From a virus, in IMG/VR virus record IMGVR_UViG_3300009157_000002, positions 1 through 64,000 of that record: a DNA stretch of 64,000 nt; one strand, 5' to 3'. The number at the start of each line of letters is the position of its first letter. Position 1 is the first letter of the stretch. A model generated the notes under the pieces. That model was not told where the DNA came from and did not search any database. It saw only the letters and a list, made by a program, of their open reading frames with translations. The position numbers and the translations under genes were made by a program. This document shows, piece by piece, positions 57,914 through 64,000 of the stretch.

Positions 57914-60900
57914 ATGCCGCAATTACAACATTTTAAGTGGTTATTAAAACACTTCTTTCGTGGTGCAGAGCCGGATAATAACAAAGAGTTAAGCGGCGAA
58001 AAAGATAGCGGGGCTTATATTGACGCTAATAATATGCGTTATGATAACGAGGCTGGAGAAAACTATGTCCTAAAAAAAATAAACGGGGAAGAAAACAAAT
58101 ATCCAAATGTAGATAATGCCTGCACAACAAATACTATGCTGCCTTTATCTACTTCTTACAAATGTATTGGCATTGCTAAATTTTTTTCGCAGGAAGATAA
58201 ACGTTATCACGAAATCGAATTTTGGGCTGATACCTTAGCCGTTGATCCATCACTAATCAGAATAGACGGTAAGATCGTTTTAAGAAGCGTAAGATTTCCA
58301 ATTGACACCGATCACCCTTTGCAGATTGCTGTTAATGATTCCTGTATAGGTGGAGAAATTTATACTGTTGATTTCCTTCATTCCCCAATGCTATTCAACC
58401 TAAAGGACTTGATGGTAAATAGCAGTATGCTTCCGGATGAGAGCGGAAACCTGATTTGCACTCAAAAATATTTTAATGAATTTAATATTTCAGAATTTTT
58501 ACTGGAACTTAATTTACCTGTGGACCATCCGGTATTTGTGCAACTTTCTACCTCCGCTCCATTTGGTGAAGATTCTACACATTTAGTATTTCTCAACCCT
58601 TCAGGAGGATTTAAGGTCGGACAAGTTCAATACGCTATTCGTTTTGTAACCTCTCAGGGAGATAAAACAGCCTGGAGTATGGCTACTCCTTTAATAGCTA
58701 TTCCTTTCCGCTTAACTACGGAAAACCCACCGTATCCCTGGGTGAGATCAATTGGAGCGCCACCTACTACAGTAACTCCATACGGAGTTCATTTTAGATT
58801 CCGTTGTGTAAATATTTTAAATTACGATTTTATACAAGTTAAGCGGATCAGTTATGTTACCAATAGCGCGCTTGGAACATTGGGTATTGAAGAACAGTTA
58901 GCAACCAATATTGATATTACAAATGGTCAGATTGGTATTATTGATGTATATGACCGTGCCTCTATCGGGATCCCTTTAAGCGACAACCAGGCTATAACGG
59001 GATTAGCAGGCATTGAGACTGCAAAAGCAATCAGGTATCTTAACCAACGGTTATTTCTGCTGAACGTAAAATACTCCACCCGCGACCTGGACAATACGGT
59101 AATATTTAAAACCATTAATGGAGAAGAAACATTTCCTGTTATCCAGAACATTGACAAGGGTGGACATAATGATCCCTATACCCGCTCGTATTACAAATCA
59201 GAAATACGTGGAGAAAAGGCCAGTCATTCCGTAACGTTTTTTGATAATAAAGGTATTAGCTCCTTTGCGGTTCCATTAACAACTAATTATCAATTCCCCA
59301 ATAGAAGAGATGAGTTAGCTGCTGGTTCAAATTCCGAAACGTATTCGCAGGATGGAGTAGTAAAAGCTGCAAACGTAAATGGCAGTGTAACCAATACCTT
59401 TGAAGTCTTTGACCTGAGCAATGCGATCACAAAAACGGATGCGTGCTCATTTAAAAATATTCTTAAAGATATTACTGTATTAGGTGTGCATGTGGCTGGA
59501 AAAGGAGTAGATAAAGTAAATGCCGTAGATTGTAATCCAGTATCAGCATCACATCCCCCTAGCAACCTGTATACAACAGATTCAGTAGGATACCAGCCGT
59601 TTCGTCCAACCGGCCAGGGAGACAGCGGCACAACCAGCCATGACTATTGGATCAATACTAAAGTACGCCGCACAGGAGGCACAGATGATATTGATTATAA
59701 CCCGAAAGGATTCGCGCCAACCTATTATTCAATGGGTCTTGGTATGGCCGGGGTAGATGTTAATTCATTACCGTATTGGGTACAATCATTTTCCATTAAC
59801 CGTTCCAAATCTGCGAAACGAGTTTTTTGCCAGGGGCTTGGTTACTACAAATTAGTAACGGCGACTGGTCTCTCAACCAACACCTCAAAAGTATTAGAAC
59901 AAATCTGGTTTCACAGTCCGGATATTCACCAACAAGCTCTTGCATTCATACAAACAGTGGTTGACGATGTTGCAGCCGGAGGAACCAGGTTTAAATTACA
60001 ACTTGTATCACCGTTGGGATTTTTTAGCGAAGTATACAACGGGGATCTGGCAACAACAGGAGCTTCCAATCAGATAGACATGATCAACTATTGCCGGATC
60101 ATTAGGGAGAACGGCGACATTAATACAGGCGATGGAGATGGTAATGTAGGTATTAATGGTGGCGACGGTTACGGATACGTAGCCTATGGCAAATGGAGAA
60201 ATCCTAATAAACCAAATAATGTCCAACGGTTTGCAGAATGCGGTGATGGAAATCAGTTATTCGATATAACCTCCATTGCTTCCACGATGGTTGGAAGACA
60301 AGAGTTTTACACGATTGCAACATCCATTACGATGTTTAACCATCAGCTTGTAGGAGGCACAGCACATGATTTTGATGATGAGAACGTAAAAAAATTCCAC
60401 GAGCCTGTGTACATGGTAAACATCATTGACACCCAAGCGGATATTCCAAATACCAATATTAATGATTACTTAGAGACCAGTCACTATCAAAAAATTGATG
60501 CCATTATTGGCAAAAGCAACGCATCTAAATTACAGGTGTTTCCACTGGTCGATGAACGAAGAGAAGACTGCATTCCGGATGTTGGAAACAGCGCACAAAA
60601 TTGTATAGCCTTCGTTAAGTTTAATGGAAGTGTATCCGCCTGGCTCAACGTAGTGGAAAAAAGCCCAGCACAACTTTTAGTTATTCTGAATGGAATCCAG
60701 GCGGGAACATTAACTGTTACATTTAATGGTGTTGTTTATACGATCAAAGGAGTTTACACCAGCACAAAAACTACAATCAGTATTGTACAGTCAGAATATG
60801 AAATTGTTTTTGATGCAGCTTTAAACCCCGGATTATTGTATCCGCCTTCCATGTTTGTGCCTTTACTCGATAGTTTTATAACAGTAAAATATGACTCTTC

Positions 60901-62785
60901 CATACCGATAAAAGTATTTGGGGGCGAAGGAATTATAGGAGAATCGGTATTTGCTCCCCTGGATCTAACCAATAACGATGAGGGAACGATGGACACAACC
61001 TTTTCCATTAACATAGGCTGGCCGTATCGGGCTTTTCAAATCAACCCGCGCGTGTATATTGTTAACCGTGCAAACGGGGTAAGTAATTTTATTAACGACA
61101 ATAACGAAGTAAAGCTTTTTGCTTCCTCAAGTGTTTTAGGTGGGAAAATGAGACAGTTATTAGCAATGTACACCTGCGAAAGCAGGATAGATATGTGTTA
61201 CGCCTATAACCTTGAAACGGGTTCACTAAGCCATGATATGTACTTCCCGCAAGTCCATTACATTATGCGGCCAAACCAGTGGAGTAACCCCGATAACATA
61301 CAGGCACAGTATTTTGTTGATTATCCATCGGAAGAAACAATTTGGGGAAACGGAGGTTTTCGCTTTCTTCCTCAAACGCTACTTGACTATTCACACCTTC
61401 CTGAAACACAAACGGCCACCGGAAAACCGAAGATTGGGTTTAAAGAAGAAACGGATTTTTGTACACGCATTATCTGGAGCGAACTAAGACCAATCAACAT
61501 TGTAAATGCACCAGGAGTAAGGTCATTTAACCCACTTAACTTTTTTGATATTTCCGATAATACAGGGCAAATAAAATATGCCTATGATGATCGGACGGAT
61601 AAGAACGGTGCCAATCTATATGCGTTTACCAATAGCGGAGTTTGTTTGTTAATGACAGACAAAAGAGTTTTACATGAACTTACAGGTTCTCAACTTGCTG
61701 CAATGGGATCGGATGAGACAAGTGTGATCCTTCAACAAATATGGATGTCGAAAGTGATTGGGATGGACGATGAAATGTGGAGAAGTGCGGCAGAACACAG
61801 TAATGTGATCTGGTGGACGAACTACGATTCAGTATATCAACTGGAAGACGGCAAGATCACAGACATTGCCAGAGCCTCTCATTATCACAGCAAAATTTAT
61901 AACGAATTTATTGATACCATTCAGCCAGGATATCAGGATGATGTGATGGCTATTTTCGACACCTTAAATAACGAATATTGGGTTGGAGGTAGAAGGCATG
62001 CCCCGCTTAAAAGAAGCTTTTCATTTGCTACAAACTTAGTTTCTGTCAAAGATATATTTATTGAGTACACTTCCCTGGTACCATTGGGAGTACTAACGGT
62101 GTTACCAGGAACACTGGTGCCAGGAGATTCTATTTATATAGAAGTTTCTTTAGCATCCGAAAGTTTCAAGATTATTTTTATTGGTCCCTCCATTTTGATC
62201 GATGCAGAGCCGGGAGACATCTGGAAGATTACACTTGGAGTTGGTAGCGTTTTTCAACCTTATCCATTTTCGGCCACCAAAGTAAATGGCAAAATGTATG
62301 TTTATTCAAACGCGGAAGACAAAAAACATTTTGTAGGAACATTCGATTATAGCTACGACAAATTTGTTTGCGTAGATAATATTGTGCTTGGAGCAAGGCG
62401 TATGGAAACAGATACGCTTAACGAAGGATTTGTAATAAATGGGACCGACATCTTTGGATATTCAACACAGGTTTATTCGCCAGAACAATTTAAAGATAAA
62501 GAATTTATCCGATACCGTGCCAATACCGACACCAAGCCATCGCGGGTAGAATTCTTTTATAATATGGACGAGTATCACAGCGAATCACCCATCTGTATTC
62601 TGGATACTACAGCAAACGATTTTGCCTTACGTAACCGGAACGGTTGGGAACAATATATCAATCGTGAAGATGCGGTAACAAGGAAACGCGCGCAAGGCAG
62701 ATCGCTTATTGTAAAGACTATACATGACCGTCCAGAGGATTACAAAATGATCGACGAAGGAATTCAGTTCAAGGTTATTAAATAG
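57914..62785 (+). CDS. Large tail nozzle/muzzle (stabilisation) protein
   Basis: About 1620 aa and beta-rich; N-terminal FFRG..D...YIDANNMR; follows the ring proteins. Confidence 0.65.
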   Translation: MPQLQHFKWLLKHFFRGAEPDNNKELSGEKDSGAYIDANNMRYDNEAGENYVLKKINGEENKYPNVDNACTTNTMLPLSTSYKCIGIAKFFSQEDKRYHEIEFWADTLAVDPSLIRIDGKIVLRSVRFPIDTDHPLQIAVNDSCIGGEIYTVDFLHSPMLFNLKDLMVNSSMLPDESGNLICTQKYFNEFNISEFLLELNLPVDHPVFVQLSTSAPFGEDSTHLVFLNPSGGFKVGQVQYAIRFVTSQGDKTAWSMATPLIAIPFRLTTENPPYPWVRSIGAPPTTVTPYGVHFRFRCVNILNYDFIQVKRISYVTNSALGTLGIEEQLATNIDITNGQIGIIDVYDRASIGIPLSDNQAITGLAGIETAKAIRYLNQRLFLLNVKYSTRDLDNTVIFKTINGEETFPVIQNIDKGGHNDPYTRSYYKSEIRGEKASHSVTFFDNKGISSFAVPLTTNYQFPNRRDELAAGSNSETYSQDGVVKAANVNGSVTNTFEVFDLSNAITKTDACSFKNILKDITVLGVHVAGKGVDKVNAVDCNPVSASHPPSNLYTTDSVGYQPFRPTGQGDSGTTSHDYWINTKVRRTGGTDDIDYNPKGFAPTYYSMGLGMAGVDVNSLPYWVQSFSINRSKSAKRVFCQGLGYYKLVTATGLSTNTSKVLEQIWFHSPDIHQQALAFIQTVVDDVAAGGTRFKLQLVSPLGFFSEVYNGDLATTGASNQIDMINYCRIIRENGDINTGDGDGNVGINGGDGYGYVAYGKWRNPNKPNNVQRFAECGDGNQLFDITSIASTMVGRQEFYTIATSITMFNHQLVGGTAHDFDDENVKKFHEPVYMVNIIDTQADIPNTNINDYLETSHYQKIDAIIGKSNASKLQVFPLVDERREDCIPDVGNSAQNCIAFVKFNGSVSAWLNVVEKSPAQLLVILNGIQAGTLTVTFNGVVYTIKGVYTSTKTTISIVQSEYEIVFDAALNPGLLYPPSMFVPLLDSFITVKYDSSIPIKVFGGEGIIGESVFAPLDLTNNDEGTMDTTFSINIGWPYRAFQINPRVYIVNRANGVSNFINDNNEVKLFASSSVLGGKMRQLLAMYTCESRIDMCYAYNLETGSLSHDMYFPQVHYIMRPNQWSNPDNIQAQYFVDYPSEETIWGNGGFRFLPQTLLDYSHLPETQTATGKPKIGFKEETDFCTRIIWSELRPINIVNAPGVRSFNPLNFFDISDNTGQIKYAYDDRTDKNGANLYAFTNSGVCLLMTDKRVLHELTGSQLAAMGSDETSVILQQIWMSKVIGMDDEMWRSAAEHSNVIWWTNYDSVYQLEDGKITDIARASHYHSKIYNEFIDTIQPGYQDDVMAIFDTLNNEYWVGGRRHAPLKRSFSFATNLVSVKDIFIEYTSLVPLGVLTVLPGTLVPGDSIYIEVSLASESFKIIFIGPSILIDAEPGDIWKITLGVGSVFQPYPFSATKVNGKMYVYSNAEDKKHFVGTFDYSYDKFVCVDNIVLGARRMETDTLNEGFVINGTDIFGYSTQVYSPEQFKDKEFIRYRANTDTKPSRVEFFYNMDEYHSESPICILDTTANDFALRNRNGWEQYINREDAVTRKRAQGRSLIVKTIHDRPEDYKMIDEGIQFKVIK

Positions 62786-62816
62786 TATATTTGTTATTTA
62801 GAATGATTCTAAATAA
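62786..62816 (+). promoter_or_regulatory. TATATTTG -7 element plus Fur-box-like palindrome
   Basis: TATATTTG-TTATTTAGAATGATTCTAAATAA. Confidence 0.8.
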
Positions 62817-62854
62817 GGAAATATGGATAGCGTAGTTTTTTAATCATACCACAA

Positions 62855-63637
62855 ATGGGAAAAATCGGATCAATAATAGGAAGTACGCTCGGTGGCGCAC
62901 TGGGAACATTGGTCGCTCCTGGATTTGGTACTACTATTGGGGCATCGTTAGGCGGAGCTCTTGGTGGATCAGTTGGAAAAAATGGTGGTAGCGGTGATAC
63001 TGGCGGTGGCGGCGGTGGTAGTACTACTGGTACCGGAGGAGCAAGCAGTCCTGGAGCTGGTATAGCTGGTGGCGCACTTGGCGCACTCCAATTAATACAA
63101 GGAATGGCTCAACAACGGAAAGCCAATAAGCTAAGGCCGGGATTGGAAGATCCGGAACAACGGATGTTTCTTAACGAAATAAACCAACGCAGAAAAGCGA
63201 TGCGAAGTGGCAGTGCTTATACAGAAGATTTAAGACTGCTTGGAGGCCAGCAAGCTTCCACAAATCAGGGACTAGTTAGTGCAGGTGGCGGAGCTGGAGG
63301 CGCAACGATAAACGCATTACTTAAATCGCAAAGAGGAACAGGTGCCGCTTATGGTGGCATACTGGCAAACGCAGAAAAAACAGCAAGCGCCTACGATTCC
63401 ATGTATGAAGGAGTGTTGGAGAAAGTAGCAAGCCGAAAGCTGGATCTGCAAACCTTTGAATATAATCGGGCTTTAGCAAACGCAGCTAAAAACAAACAAG
63501 CCGGAGAATCTAATATACTTGCAGCACTCGCCAGACAGGGGCCGATAACAATGCCTGGGGCACAAAACAATACGCAGGAAGTACCAGATGAAAATGCTCC
63601 AGATGAAGGAATAATACAATATGGTGATTCTGGTTAA
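62855..63637 (+). CDS. Ejection/pilot-like internal virion protein
   Basis: Gly-zipper N-terminus (GGALG..GASLGGALGG) followed by A/Q-rich helices. Confidence 0.6.
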   Translation: MGKIGSIIGSTLGGALGTLVAPGFGTTIGASLGGALGGSVGKNGGSGDTGGGGGGSTTGTGGASSPGAGIAGGALGALQLIQGMAQQRKANKLRPGLEDPEQRMFLNEINQRRKAMRSGSAYTEDLRLLGGQQASTNQGLVSAGGGAGGATINALLKSQRGTGAAYGGILANAEKTASAYDSMYEGVLEKVASRKLDLQTFEYNRALANAAKNKQAGESNILAALARQGPITMPGAQNNTQEVPDENAPDEGIIQYGDSG

Positions 63638-63657
63638 CAGTAATTGCAACAACTACA

Positions 63658-63999
63658 ATGACAGAAGAGATCTATGACAACCCGGACGCGCCGGAAGAAA
63701 GAAGCCTTGAGGAAGAGCAAGCCGCTGAAGCTGAAAGACTAGCTAATCAGCCTATTGTTACAGCCGGAGGTGTGGTTTTGCCTACACGGACCAACCGAAG
63801 TACTCCTATTGCTTCATTGATCGGAAAAAAAGATTTTGGAATAGAGCCTCTGGGCTTAAAAGATTACTATCCTACTGCCGGAGATCCGATACTGGTAGGA
63901 CATTCGGCAGGAAGATATATAGGAAATCAGCCGATATATTCCGGTGCAGGAGCTTTGTATCCGTATGCTATTGTAGATGCCAGAAGAAGGGCTCTTGAA
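63658..63999 (+). CDS. Probable internal virion protein, 3'-truncated
   Basis: ATG at 63658; frame open to the window end (MTEEIYDNPDAPEE...). Confidence 0.5.
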   Translation, partial: MTEEIYDNPDAPEERSLEEEQAAEAERLANQPIVTAGGVVLPTRTNRSTPIASLIGKKDFGIEPLGLKDYYPTAGDPILVGHSAGRYIGNQPIYSGAGALYPYAIVDARRRALE

Positions 64000-64000
64000 C

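Noticed and set aside
1242-61487. Many short antisense or overlapping ORFs in the track (e.g. 1336-, 3636-, 11471+, 45228+, 59290-)
   Set aside because: They are shadows of longer, motif-bearing genes on the other strand or frame.
30836-62816. 23-bp palindromes as a CRISPR array or transposon ends
   Set aside because: Copies are dispersed and promoter-associated, with no regular spacers, cas genes or transposase.
44715-63999. Stop-codon reassignment as in some crAss-like phages
   Set aside because: Structural genes are full length in code 11 and use TAG/TGA as real stops; no suppressor tRNA is seen.
1-64000. Diversity-generating retroelement or invertible fibre switch
   Set aside because: No reverse transcriptase, TR/VR pair or invertase with flanking inverted repeats was noticed in the window.

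Overview
A 64 kb stretch of a temperate tailed phage of Bacteroidota. Host assignment rests on TAnnTTTG -7 promoters, AT-rich leaders without Shine-Dalgarno sequences and a Bacteroidota-type lipoprotein/beta-barrel moron. The sequence is read in standard code 11. Layout: tail fibre/chaperone genes and a moron (1-10.2 kb); a leftward lambdoid-style recombination/replication operon with RecE/RecT, initiator plus ori, RusA, an MTase, a KGG stress protein and a structured non-coding island (10.2-20.5 kb); a CI-like switch, tyrosine integrase and apparently intact attP whose core is the 5' half of tRNA-Arg(TCT) (20.5-23.6 kb); a leftward cluster of small early genes (24.5-30.2 kb); a 1.3 kb non-coding region with a dif-like site; two divergent blocks of small accessory genes (31.6-43.4 kb); and a packaging/podovirus structural module with TerL, portal, endolysin, scaffold, MCP, ring and muzzle-like tail proteins and ejection-like proteins (44.7-64 kb). 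The strongest unexplained signal is a 23-bp palindrome, TTATTTAGAAT(G/C)ATTCTAAATAA. It occurs as five exact copies and one 2-bp-deleted copy, mostly abutting host-type promoters of packaging, structural and HTH genes. It resembles the Fur box as I recall it for Flavobacteriia, suggesting iron-gated virion gene expression. Other notable items are a 192-nt tRNA-like RNA lacking an anticodon arm, a dispersed 18-bp operator family and a conserved bipartite late-promoter motif. All product calls come from reading motifs by eye; no database searches were run.
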